Positions 8,363-18,713 of a stretch of DNA of 64,000 nt are shown here, piece by piece. The position numbers were made by a program, and so were the translations under genes. Numbering within the stretch: position 1 is the first letter of the stretch; the number at the start of each line of letters is the position of its first letter. The notes beneath the pieces were generated by a model. That model saw only the letters and a program-made list of their open reading frames with translations, searched no databases and had not been told where the DNA came from. This stretch comes from Tolypothrix carrinoi HA7290-LM1 (lineage in GTDB: Bacteria; Cyanobacteriota; Cyanobacteriia; Cyanobacteriales; Nostocaceae): assembly GCA_019358935.1 (NCBI GenBank), contig JAHHIK010000036.1, forward strand, positions 1-64,000. Reading direction: 5' to 3'.

Positions 8363-8743
8363 TCATGTAGCCGCAGGCTTTAGCCTGTCGGGTTTCTGTG
8401 GTGGATTCTGCTGACTCAAATTCCACTCAATCGTTACCTTGACATTAGCTTGTGCGCTTCCCTTAGTCACAAAAGGAACTCCTGTTTCTCCTCCAGCTTG
8501 CAAGCCAAATTCCATCGTCACCTTACTTGGTGCGCTATCACTCATTCCCTGCTTAACGCTATCGAGTATCAGTGTGGAATAATTGCGTACCGTACTAATC
8601 ATCATTTTTTGTAGCCTTTTTGACCTTTCCTGGATGTCGTCAATATATCCGACGGCTTGCAATTCATCACTATCAGCGTCGTCGTATTGAATATAGATTT
8701 TTTCTCCATCAGAGCCAATAACTTCTGTTATCTTTGCTGACAT
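8363..8743 (-). CDS. Trypsin-co-occurring small protein (Trypco1/CU044_2847-like)
   Basis: 126 aa with PSKVTMEFGLQAGGETGVPFVTKGSAQANVKVTIEW beta-hairpin motif; directly upstream of a trypsin-domain gene on the same strand. Confidence 0.75.
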   Translation of the reverse strand: MSAKITEVIGSDGEKIYIQYDDADSDELQAVGYIDDIQERSKRLQKMMISTVRNYSTLILDSVKQGMSDSAPSKVTMEFGLQAGGETGVPFVTKGSAQANVKVTIEWNLSQQNPPQKPDRLKPAAT

Positions 8744-8812
8744 AAGCGTTTTATTACAGCATTACCTTGACATCTATACCTTACCAAATGTTGCTCAATT
8801 TCTGATTTTCCG

Positions 8813-8993
8813 CTTTGCATCTACGCATTGCTGGCAAAATTAGATTTGGGGGTGAGGTTTGTAGGTAGAGTGCGATCGCACCTACGAAATATCGGTTTGT
8901 AAGATCGCGTCATGCCTGCGGAAAAACAACTTTGCGTCTACGCACCCTGGCAAAATTAGATTTGGGTGAGGTTTGTAGGTGGAGTGCGATCGC
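8813..8993. repeat. Two ~65-bp imperfect direct repeats, each ending in HIP1
   Basis: CTGGCAAAATTAGATTTGGG..TGAGGTTTGTAGGT.GAGTGCGATCGC at 8813-8879 and 8930-8993. Confidence 0.8.
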
Positions 8994-9388
8994 TTGCCTC
9001 ATACCAAAAGAACAATAGCTTAAAACCCATGCCCATTAAGCTTTCCGAAAATTGTACAACTTTTTTATTTGTTAATTTGAGCAATTTTAGATGAATTGTA
9101 CAACTTTATTTTTTATTGCTCGTACTATTAGCGACGAAATAATAGGGCTTTCAGATGCTCAAATTTAATAAGTTTTTTCTTTTTATACATCCTCTATCTG
9201 AGGACTGAAATTCTCACTACTAATTAACAGAATTCCGAAAAGAATCGTCTCATTATTTCTACTATCATCAAAAAGGCGTGCGATCGCTTAAAAATCGATA
9301 TCAGTGTTATCACCCTAACCCTTTTGTACAAACTATTGTCATTAATTGATATAAGTTTGTTGACTTAGGCTGAAGATAACACTCAAGG

Positions 9389-11704
9389 ATGAAAGCACCA
9401 TTACCTGATAACGAAGCACAAAGAATCGAAGCCCTTTTACAATATAAAATCCTTGACACTCCTCCGGAAGCTGTCTTTGATGACCTCACCCGTTTAGCTT
9501 CGTATATTTGTGGAACTCCTATCGCTAAGTTAAGTTTAGTTGATGCTAATCGGCAGTGGTTTAAGTCTAAAGTCGGTATAGAAGCACTACAAACACCCCG
9601 CGATATCGCATTCTGCGCTCATGCTATTCTTGAACCCGACGTTTTTGTTGTGCCTGATGCTACATCTGACGAACGTTTCGCAACAAATCCATTAGTAACT
9701 TCTGACCCCAATATCCGCTTTTACGCTGGTGTCCCCCTAATTAATCCTGAGGGACACGCTTTAGGAACATTTTGCGTGATTGATTATGTACCGCGAGAAC
9801 TTACTTGCGAACAGGTAGAAGCATTACGCACTCTCGGTCGCCAAATAATCAAGCAACTGGAACTGCGGCGCAATTTAGCTTCTTTGGTACTAACAACTAA
9901 TCAAGGCAAACAGACACGCAAACACAATAAATTCTTTAAAAGCATTGCTGGCGGTTTTGGGTTAGCATCGGCAATTTTAATTTTAATCGGCGTGGTTTCA
10001 TATCAACAGACAAAATTTTTTATTGAAACTAATAATCAGGTAAGAAAAACTGAAGAAAAAATCACCAAATTGTCAGAACTACTCTCCCAAATAAAAGATG
10101 CTGAAACTGGACAACGCGGTTACATTCTCACCGGTTCAGCTTATCTACAACATTATAAAGCTACACTGGCAAAGATTGATATTGCAGAACTGAATAATTT
10201 CACAACAGATAATTATATTCAAAAAAGTCAAATAGAGACGCTGAAACCTCTGATAGCAGCAAAGCTAAACGAACTCAAAAAAACTATCGATTTGCGCCAA
10301 AATCAAGGGTTTGATGCTGCATTGCAGGTAATTCGCACAAATCAGGGAAACAACATCATGAATTATATCCGTGAGATGGAAAACGAGGAGAAAAAGCGAC
10401 TTCAGCAGCAGTTAAAAGTAGCAAAATATAGCGCTCAGAAGACAATTTTTAGATTAGCGATCGCTATTTGCCTCAGTTGTCTCATTCTCGCAGGAATCTA
10501 CTACTTAATTTATCGTGAAATAATACGACGCAAGTTAACAGAAGAATCTCTGCACAAAGAACGCAACTTTATCTCAGCAATTCTTGATACTGTCAGCGCT
10601 TTAGTAATAGTTCTCGACTCCCAAGGGCAAATTATCCGCTTCAATCAAGCTTGTGAGGAAACAACTGGTTACTCATTCGATGAAGTCAGAGGTAGGTATT
10701 TTTGGAATTTGTTTCTACTTCCCGAAGAGATGGAACCAGTCAAAGCAGTTTTTCAGCAGTTAAAAAATGGTGAACATTTAAAAGAGTATGAAAACTACTG
10801 GGTAACAAAAAATGGCACGCGACGCTTGATTGCCTGGTCGAATACCATCCTGTATGATGATCGAGGTGCAGTAGAATATATTATCGGCACTGGCATTGAC
10901 ATTAGCGATCAAAAGCGAGTCAATCGCCATTTAACCGCACAACATACTACCACCCGCGTATTAGCCGATTCTACCACCATCGCTGAAGCGACTCCCCGAA
11001 TTCTACAAGCGATTTGCGAAAGCTTGGAATGGGATTTGGGTGAAATTTGGATGGTGGATGCACAAGCCAATGTTTTACGTTGTCTTGACATTTGGCATAA
11101 AGAATGCATCGAAGCGTCAGAATTTAAAGCACTAAGGCAAATTACTTTTGCAAAAGGAATTGGGCTACCTGGTCTTGTTTGGGCTAATAATGAACCTGTA
11201 TGGTTTACTGATGTCCTTGATAATGCGAAATTCCTCAGAGGAACAATTGCCCAGAAAGCAGGACTGCATGGAGCTTTTGGTTTTCCGATTCGCAGTGGTA
11301 ATAACATTTTGGGTGTAATTACCTGCTTCAATCAGCAAACTCAACAACCCGACCCAGATTTAGTGCAGATGATGAGTTCTCTTGGTGAGCAAGTCGGTCA
11401 ATTTATCGAGCGCAAACAAGCAAAAGAAGAACTTCAACGCCAAAACTTGCGATCGCAACTATTTACTGATATTACTCTGAAAATTCGTCAATCTTTACAA
11501 ATCGAAGAAATTCTTCAAACCACCGTCACCGAGGTGCAAAAAATTCTCCAGACCGATCGAGTGTTGATTTATCAGCCTTTGCCTAACAAAACTCAAGCTG
11601 TGGTAATAGAAGCTGTAGTTTCTGGCTTACCGACAATTAAAGACCAAAACATTATCGATTCCTACTTTCGCGCCGAATATTTACAACAACGTCCACTTGT
11701 GTAG
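9389..11704 (+). pseudogene. N-terminal part of a hybrid histidine kinase (GAF-CHASE3-TM-PAS-GAF-truncated GAF)
   Basis: GAF (FCAHAI, IRFYAGVPL), CHASE3 (DAETGQRGYILTG), PAS, GAF; the third GAF stops after DSYFRAEYLQQ; no H-box. Confidence 0.75.
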
Positions 11705-11709
11705 AAGAA

Positions 11710-13200
11710 GTGTTGGATTTATTAGCTCCCCAAGCTCATAATAAAGGATTAGAAATTGCGGCGTTAATTTATCGTCACGTCCCCATTCACCTGAAAGGAG
11801 ATGTTAGTCGTCTGCGGCAAATTCTCATGAACCTGCTCGGTAACGCGATCAAGTTTACTAGCACTGGAGAAGTGATCGTGCGGGCAGATGTGCGATCTGC
11901 CGAAGGCAGCAGCGCTTCGCTATCGCTTTCCTTCAATAAAGTTATTATCTACTTTACGGTTACAGATACCGGTCTTGGCATTACTCCAGAAGACCAATGC
12001 AAACTCTTTACGCCATTTACGCAAGTTGATGCTTCCACGACCCGCAAGTATGGTGGCACCGGTTTGGGATTAGCCATTTGCAAACAACTTGTTACTTTGA
12101 TGGGAGGACAAATTGGCGTAGAAAGTCAATTAGGGAAAGGTTCAACATTTTGGTTTGAAATTCCTTTTACTGTTGCAGTTGAACCTGTTTCTTCAGCAAG
12201 CGATCGCAAAGTCAAAAATCGGCACATCTTACTAGTAGATGACAAGGGGGCAGGCAGCAGGGAGCAGGGGGCAGGGGGCAGGGGGCAGGGGGCAGGGGGA
12301 CGAGGGGACAAGGGAGACAAGGGGGACAAGGGGGTAGGGGGCACTTTGCACTTTGAGTTTGCCTCCTCGTCTTCCTTGTCTTCCCCATCTCCCTTGTCTC
12401 CCTTGTCTTCCCCCTCTCCCCCATCCTCCACTCCCCCAGCTAAATCCAAATTAAAAATTCTCCTGGCTGAGGATAATTTGGTAAATCGAAAAGTAGCCCT
12501 AAAGCTGCTTCAAAGCTTGGGATACGAAGCTGATGTTGCTGTCAATGGCAAAGAAGTATTGCAGCTATTAGAAAAAATTCCTTACGACTTGATTTTGATG
12601 GATTGCCAAATGCCAATTCTTGACGGTTTGGCAACCACACGAGAAATTCTTAGTTGGCAAAGTGCTTCTTTTATTAATCATTGTCGTCCTGTAATAGTTG
12701 CGATGACTGCTAATGCGATGAAAGAAGATAAACAAATGTGTTTAGATGCTGGAATGGACGACTATCTGAGCAAACCAGTGTTGAAAGAAAAATTAGCAGC
12801 AATATTAGAGTATTGGGCAAGCGTGATACTCACAAAAGAAGAAACAATTGCATCTGATGAGGCTTCACTCGACTTACCAATTGATTGGGAACACTTGCAT
12901 CAACTCTCAGAAAACAACGCAGAATTTGAATTGGAATTATTGCAAATATTTGTTGAAGATATCCAACCTCGTTTAGAAGCGGTGAAACAGGCGATCGATA
13001 AAAGTGACTTTGAAAAAATCGCTCACGAAGCTCATCACCTCAAAGGTGCTAGTGCCAACATCGGTGCTACAGCCATGCATTTAGCCGCAGAAACATTAGA
13101 AAAACTGTCTCAAAAATTCGAGCGTAGAGGTACTGATAAGTTAATTACCGAATTTGAAGAATTTGTCAACCGTATTAAACTTTATTTAATTAGTAAATAA
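11710..13200 (+). pseudogene. C-terminal part of the same kinase (HATPase-REC stub-REC-Hpt), lacking HisKA
   Basis: RLRQILMNLLGNAIKFT, DTGLGI, GGTGLGL; REC1 cut after ILLVDD; intact REC2 (AEDN, LMDCQMP, SKP); Hpt AHHLKGAS. Confidence 0.75.
12243..12430. repeat. In-frame STRR cassette inside the kinase
   Basis: GCAGGGG, GACAAGG and CCTTGTC heptamers. Confidence 0.85.
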
Positions 13201-13364
13201 ACATAAATAAACGGAACTTTGTAGTAATGCACTCGTAGGGTGCGTTAGCGACAGCGTAACGCACCATTATCAAAGATTTGGTGCGTTACGGATTTCATCC
13301 TAACGCACCCTACAATACCTTTATTTAATTAGTAAGTAAACATAAATAAACGGAACTTTGTAGT
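13180..13364. repeat. 46-bp direct duplication of the kinase 3' end flanking a REP-like double hairpin
   Basis: 13180-13225 vs 13319-13364 differ at one base; GTAGGGTGCGTTA...TAACGCACCCTAC lies between. Confidence 0.8.
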
Positions 13365-13469
13365 GAGGGCTGAAGCCCTCAGCGATTCTCAGGGCAGAAG
13401 GCTAAAGCCTTCATTACGAAACATAAAATAATTTTATGTTTAATCAAGTCCGCGTAATTAGTATAAATT

Positions 13470-13570
13470 ATATGATTCCGGCAAATCAACTCTAATAAAA
13501 AACCATCAAATCGTGTAGAGACGTTATATATAACGTCTCTACAATATAGGCAATTTACCGGATATGGTAT
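13470..13570. mobile_element. Degenerate MITE-like element with a central GTAG...CTAC hairpin
   Basis: TCCGGCAAAT / ATTTACCGGA inverted ends; GTAGAGACGTTATATATAACGTCTCTAC palindrome. Confidence 0.45.
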
Positions 13571-13764
13571 TAGAGAAAATTAGTAAGCTTGGAAAGCCGC
13601 TTGCCACCGTAAAGCTTGAAATTCAGGTCGTTAAATTGAAAAGATATCTGCGTCGGCTGCCTGAATTATTTACTTTATTTGCACATCTGGCTAATGATTT
13701 ATTGAGGCTGAAGGGTTGATTAACTATAAAGTTTTCGCTTTTGCATCAAAAAAAACATGAAATT

Positions 13765-14052
13765 TTAGCAATAAGCTGTCACATCTTCACCGCATTCATC
13801 AGCTAGATAACACAAAGCTTTGAAACGCAGACCAACTACTTGCTCATAAAGAGGATTTAACTTACACATTGGGGGAATGTGAAATAATTTGCGTCCAAAT
13901 ACTTTGATATCTCTTTCAAAAGGACATTGAGCCGGAATAAGTTGACACAAGAAATGGGCAAGTTTAGGATTATTAATTTCTCTCGATTCCATCCACTGGC
14001 GGATTGGTTGTAGTAAATCGTTTTGTGATTGGATTTGAGTAAAGCTAGTCAT
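13765..14052 (-). CDS. Mo-dependent nitrogenase C-terminal domain family protein (function unknown)
   Basis: IPAQCPFERD and HIPPMCKLNPLYEQVVGLRFKALCYLADECGED motifs. Confidence 0.85.
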   Translation of the reverse strand: MTSFTQIQSQNDLLQPIRQWMESREINNPKLAHFLCQLIPAQCPFERDIKVFGRKLFHIPPMCKLNPLYEQVVGLRFKALCYLADECGEDVTAYC

Positions 14053-14273
14053 GATTGATCTCCTGATAATTTATGATTAGGTTGCCTTTTGTTTTTGGGT
14101 TTGAACTTGATTGTTATAAGTAAGTAGGTTCTGGTTTATTAGCTTATGCAGTTATTTGTCTTGCCTTTTTTATAAGGGATAGCGCTGAATATATCTCTCT
14201 CGTCGGCACAATTTTAACTACCAACTCAAATAATGCCGTTCCGGATAATCTTCAAAATATTTGCCTCTCAACA

Positions 14274-14466
14274 CGGGGAGGGGGGATGGGGGGATGGGGG
14301 GATGGGGAGATGGGGAGATGGGGAGAGGGGGAAGACAAGGGAGACAAGGGAGATGGGGAAGACAAGGAAGACGAGGAGGCAAACTCCCCCTTGTCCCCCT
14401 TATCCCCCTTGTCCCCCTTGTCCCCTTGTCTCCTTGTCTCCTTATCCCCCTTGTCTCCTTGTCCCC
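14274..14466. repeat. STRR cassette
   Basis: GGGGATG, GACAAGG and CCTTGTC arrays. Confidence 0.85.
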
Positions 14467-15884
14467 AAAGCGGGCAAGGTGATTGTAAACACACTTCCTT
14501 CACTTAAACGCGATCGCACTGTGACACTTCCATCCATCCCCTCGACAAGTGTCTTCACAATCGACAACCCCAAACCACAACCCCCGGTGGAACTTGTACG
14601 CGCTTCATCTACACGGTAAAATCTCTCAAAAATCCGCGATTGGTGTTGTAAAGGAATCCCATAACCTTTGTCGCGAACTTGAATAATTGCCGATTCTTCT
14701 TGTTGATATAACTTCACAATCACGGTTGTATCGGGTTGCGAATACTTAACAGCATTATCAATTAAATTAAGCAATACTTGTTTGAGGCGGTTGTAGTCTG
14801 CTTTTACTAAGAGTGATTCATTTTTTGATTCAATTATAATAGTGCGATCGCTATACTTTTTTGCCATAGTCACAACTTCTGCAACCAAGTCATTCAGCAC
14901 GCAAGGTTCTATCCGAAAATGCAAATAACCACTATCTGCCCGTGCTAAGTCAAGTAAATCTTGTAAAAGCCGAATCGTGCGTTCTGCTTCGGATGCAGCT
15001 GTTTCTAAAGCTTCCCGTTGAATTTCTGTTAAGTTATTTTGCCGCCGCAATACGCTTTGCAAGTAACCATGTACAATAGTTAAAGGCGTGCGTAATTCGT
15101 GAGAAACATTACTAACAAATTGTCGCTCTTGCTCCCAAGATTGAGAGAGGCGAGATAACATCATATTGAATGTTAGGGTTAATTCTTTAACTTCGCTAGG
15201 TGCGTTATCAAGATATAAATGCGCTTCTGGTAAATCTTCAGCAGAAATAACTTCTGTCATTTGACTAAGCTGGCGCAGAGGTTGCAAAGAACGTTTAATA
15301 TAAAAGGCGATCGCCACAGAAATCATCAGAATCGCCAAAACACTGGCAATACTCAAACTCCTCAGCATTGCTTGAAACATTGTTTGTTCGTAGGTAATAT
15401 CCTGCACAACAAACAGATTTCCCAGCACCTTGCCCTGCACGCGCAACGAATTGCAATATAAAACAAAGTAGCGTTGACTAACTTTGTGAACCTGGGGTTT
15501 AGCCGGCATCTCTGTCAAAGACATTAACTCAGCTGCTGTAGAATCAGATAGCAAATTGCCAGTGGTAGATTTTACCAGCATTTTGCTTTCAGGATTTTTT
15601 ACCCATAACAATGTATTTGCACTAGTTAAGTTATTAATTGCCTTTTGCAACCCTGTTTCTGGTGGCAACATTTCACTATAAAGTTGCACATCACGCGGTA
15701 AACGTGTAGCAATTTGTTCAATACTATGTTTACGACTATCAATCAAAATTTGTTGCATTTTCCAACTTGTCCAGATAGCAAAGCTACCTAATCCCAAAGC
15801 TGAAACCGCAGCAACACCAATTGTTAAGCGCACCCGCAATGAAAACGGGTCAATATTTCTGCAAATTTTCTTGATTTGATTCAC
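14442..15884 (-). CDS. Membrane sensor histidine kinase (2 TM, HAMP, HisKA, HATPase)
   Basis: FVSNVSHELRTPLT H-box, NLIDNAVKYS, FERFYRVD, GCGLGL; start uncertain. Confidence 0.93.
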   Translation of the reverse strand: MNQIKKICRNIDPFSLRVRLTIGVAAVSALGLGSFAIWTSWKMQQILIDSRKHSIEQIATRLPRDVQLYSEMLPPETGLQKAINNLTSANTLLWVKNPESKMLVKSTTGNLLSDSTAAELMSLTEMPAKPQVHKVSQRYFVLYCNSLRVQGKVLGNLFVVQDITYEQTMFQAMLRSLSIASVLAILMISVAIAFYIKRSLQPLRQLSQMTEVISAEDLPEAHLYLDNAPSEVKELTLTFNMMLSRLSQSWEQERQFVSNVSHELRTPLTIVHGYLQSVLRRQNNLTEIQREALETAASEAERTIRLLQDLLDLARADSGYLHFRIEPCVLNDLVAEVVTMAKKYSDRTIIIESKNESLLVKADYNRLKQVLLNLIDNAVKYSQPDTTVIVKLYQQEESAIIQVRDKGYGIPLQHQSRIFERFYRVDEARTSSTGGCGLGLSIVKTLVEGMDGSVTVRSRLSEGSVFTITLPALGTRRQGG

Positions 15885-16049
15885 TCTTATGTTTGGCTAT
15901 AGTTAGGATTAAATATTAAGGAGTTAAGAGTAATAGCGAATTCAATTGAATACTTTTCGTATTTGTATTTTCTTATACTTAACTCCTAACTCCTAACTCA
16001 CAAATTTAATTACCAATTACCTCCTTCATGCTTGCTACTCACAGTATAA

Positions 16050-16526
16050 CTATTTACCCAAAGGCGCGTAGCCAAAAGTAGCATTGAATTTACGACACCA
16101 TACCGCCACAGAACGAAAGTCTGCTAAATTAACATTGTCAGGAAGCGCATAACGTTGAGCACCGCTTGTCTTTTGTAAACGGGCAATGCTTGCATAATCT
16201 TTCTTTTTAATACCCGTTATTGGGGGTGCATCCGAACGATGCAAAATCACGTATAAGTCGGGACCATTATCAGTTTTGAAACTTTGATCAAACTCTAGGT
16301 AGCGTTTTCCTTTATCGGTAACTACGCTAACCGTACCTTGAGTAGGGTGTTCCGCAGCTTTAAAAGTTCCAGAATCTGTGGCTGTACCTTGCGTCGCTTG
16401 TGCAACAGTAGTACTTGCCGTTGTATGCTGCATCTGCGTACTTACTTGCTTTGAGGTTGCCTCTTTTGCATAGCTTACGCTTAAAACAGCAGCGATACCC
16501 AAAACTGCTAAAAACTTGAATTTCAT
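16050..16526 (-). CDS. Secreted DM13 domain protein
   Basis: Signal peptide; EHPTQG, GPDLYV, GAQRYALP, VAVWCRKFNATFGYA. Confidence 0.88.
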   Translation of the reverse strand: MKFKFLAVLGIAAVLSVSYAKEATSKQVSTQMQHTTASTTVAQATQGTATDSGTFKAAEHPTQGTVSVVTDKGKRYLEFDQSFKTDNGPDLYVILHRSDAPPITGIKKKDYASIARLQKTSGAQRYALPDNVNLADFRSVAVWCRKFNATFGYAPLGK

Positions 16527-16641
16527 AGCTTTAGTGTCCTTAAATTCGTCTCTAATGACACTTTAAAGCCTCATTCCCCTGACTAAATTAATTTAAGCTG
16601 AGAATTGGTTTAAATTTTCTGTTCAGTTTTGCTCAACTTGT

Positions 16642-18327
16642 TTAGATACCCGACTTCTTTGAGAAGTCGGGTATCTTGTGTGAAATATTGCGTTGGCGCC
16701 AAATCTGGGGTTTTGTTAGTTTCCAAAGTGAATAATAGTTATCTTGATAAACAACATTTAGTTTAGATTTATTGCTTTTTTCTATTTTTTGGCGGAAATC
16801 ATTTGCAGGATTTAGGAAAAATATATCTGTAAATTGATTATAAATTTTAGGTGTCTTTTGTTCTTTCACCAACTGAAAGCGCACTTTTGATTCTAAAAGA
16901 TAGCTGAGAGAAAAGACATTTCCATAATTAATGCCAAAAGAATCACTAATTAAAAGTGGACGAGAAGCTTGATTGATAATTGTGGCAACTTGTGGATTAC
17001 CATAACTAATTACCTTACTCCACCAAGTTTCGGCTTGAGAATTTACCCCACAAGAAATCATTCCACAGGTAATTACTAGCACTGTAATTATTTGCCAGAT
17101 TTGCCGACGCGCTAAATTTCCGCTATATATCTGAGTAGCTAACAGATAAGCAACAGCAATTTGAATACCCAAATAAGAAGGCAATAAATAGCGATCGCTT
17201 AATGAGCGTATTCCCCCAAACAGCAAATCTGGTAAGATTAAAGGTAACGCTGGGACGGCAATCAACAATACAACAAACAACCAGCTTTTTTCGTTAGTTG
17301 TTCGATAAATAAAATAAATTGCATAACCAACCAATATTAAAATAACTGGTGTAATGAAATAGCTGAGAGGATTTTCAAACCCAAAGTTAAAATCAAAGAA
17401 AATATGGTTTAACTGAATCAGCCAAGCTGGAATTAAATTGATAAAATTAATTTGCGTCTTTGTCCAAGATGTTACCAAGTCCAATTGAGAAAAGTTGAAC
17501 AAGACAACTAATATCCAAGGCATAAAGGCTAAAAAGCCTGCCAGTGAAGCAAAAAGATAATTTTTTACTGTTTTAGTAAACTGAAATTTAGCAATGATAA
17601 GTATATAAATAGCATGAGCAAGCGCGACAAATCCACTTAATAAAAATGTATATAAGCTTACTGCTAAAGTAGCTGCATAAATTCCCCATGCAAAAATAGA
17701 ATCTGACGCTTGGTGTTTTTTGGCTAACTCTTTACTTTTTGATTCTAGTCGAATTGCTCGCAGCAGTGAGGCGCTAGATAGTAATATAGTTACTGTCCAA
17801 AGCATGTATTCTCGTGCTTCTTGAGCATAGACAAGATGAATCGGGGAGATTGCCATAAGAGCGATCGCTATAAAAGGAACTGACAATGGCACTCTAAATA
17901 ATTCTTTGCATAACCAGTAGACGCAGGGAAACACCAGCAAGCTGATAAAAGCAGACAAACTTCTAATTGCTGTTACTGAACTGCCAAAAATTTGCACCCA
18001 AAATCGAGCTATTATATAATAAAGCGGTGGATGCTGTGGATCTTCTATTGCTAAAGATTTAATTGTGTCACCTAAGTTCTTTTCCGGATTGGGACGTTGG
18101 TACTTATCAAAATATGTCCCCGTAATTACACGATTATTAAAAATTTGCTGCTTAACTTCTTTTACTGTGTAACCAGAAATCCGCAATGAGGTATAAGTTT
18201 CATCATGCCAGTAAACTTTACGCTCTAGGTTAACAAAACGAAAAAATATACCTATCACCAACAAGACAACAATTAAAAATCGCAACCAACTGGGAGCAAG
18301 TTTAAAATGGTGCATAACTAATCCCAA
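16642..18327 (-). CDS. GT39/PMT-like multi-TM glycosyltransferase
   Basis: YWHDE, HPPLYY, SPIHLVYAQEAREY, many TM helices. Confidence 0.85.
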   Translation of the reverse strand: MGLVMHHFKLAPSWLRFLIVVLLVIGIFFRFVNLERKVYWHDETYTSLRISGYTVKEVKQQIFNNRVITGTYFDKYQRPNPEKNLGDTIKSLAIEDPQHPPLYYIIARFWVQIFGSSVTAIRSLSAFISLLVFPCVYWLCKELFRVPLSVPFIAIALMAISPIHLVYAQEAREYMLWTVTILLSSASLLRAIRLESKSKELAKKHQASDSIFAWGIYAATLAVSLYTFLLSGFVALAHAIYILIIAKFQFTKTVKNYLFASLAGFLAFMPWILVVLFNFSQLDLVTSWTKTQINFINLIPAWLIQLNHIFFDFNFGFENPLSYFITPVILILVGYAIYFIYRTTNEKSWLFVVLLIAVPALPLILPDLLFGGIRSLSDRYLLPSYLGIQIAVAYLLATQIYSGNLARRQIWQIITVLVITCGMISCGVNSQAETWWSKVISYGNPQVATIINQASRPLLISDSFGINYGNVFSLSYLLESKVRFQLVKEQKTPKIYNQFTDIFFLNPANDFRQKIEKSNKSKLNVVYQDNYYSLWKLTKPQIWRQRNISHKIPDFSKKSGI

Positions 18328-18713
18328 GAAGTTGTTAAAAAAAATTACAAAAGTAGGTGAATTAATTAGATCGGGTTTGCTAGCGTACTCACACAGAACC
18401 GTTTATTGTAAAACATCACCAACCTTACTTTGACAGTAACCTAATTTGGCACATTAGCGATAAATACCTCACCATACCATTTTTCTATAACAATGAGTTG
18501 AAGTAGGGCTTTATACCTGCAACATCCCAAGCTTCATCCTAAAAGCGAATAAAGCGCAACCAGAGCAAAGAATTGGAATTACGTAACTAGCACATGAACC
18601 TCTTATAAAACAAAGGCTGAAAAAATAATCGCAAATATGTGAGCTTAAGGCTGTCATACAGGGAACAATAACTGAGAACAACTGTTATCAGCCACAGGAA
18701 AAACAAGCCATCT

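Noticed and set aside
9193..9208. Recurring TC-N3-C-N4-G-N3-GA upstream motif (partial copies at ~50483, 50516, 60782, 60823, 62846)
   Set aside because: Too degenerate to support without motif-enrichment statistics
13765..14052. Nitrogen-fixation gene
   Set aside because: The domain name is historical; no nif genes or nitrogenase motifs are present
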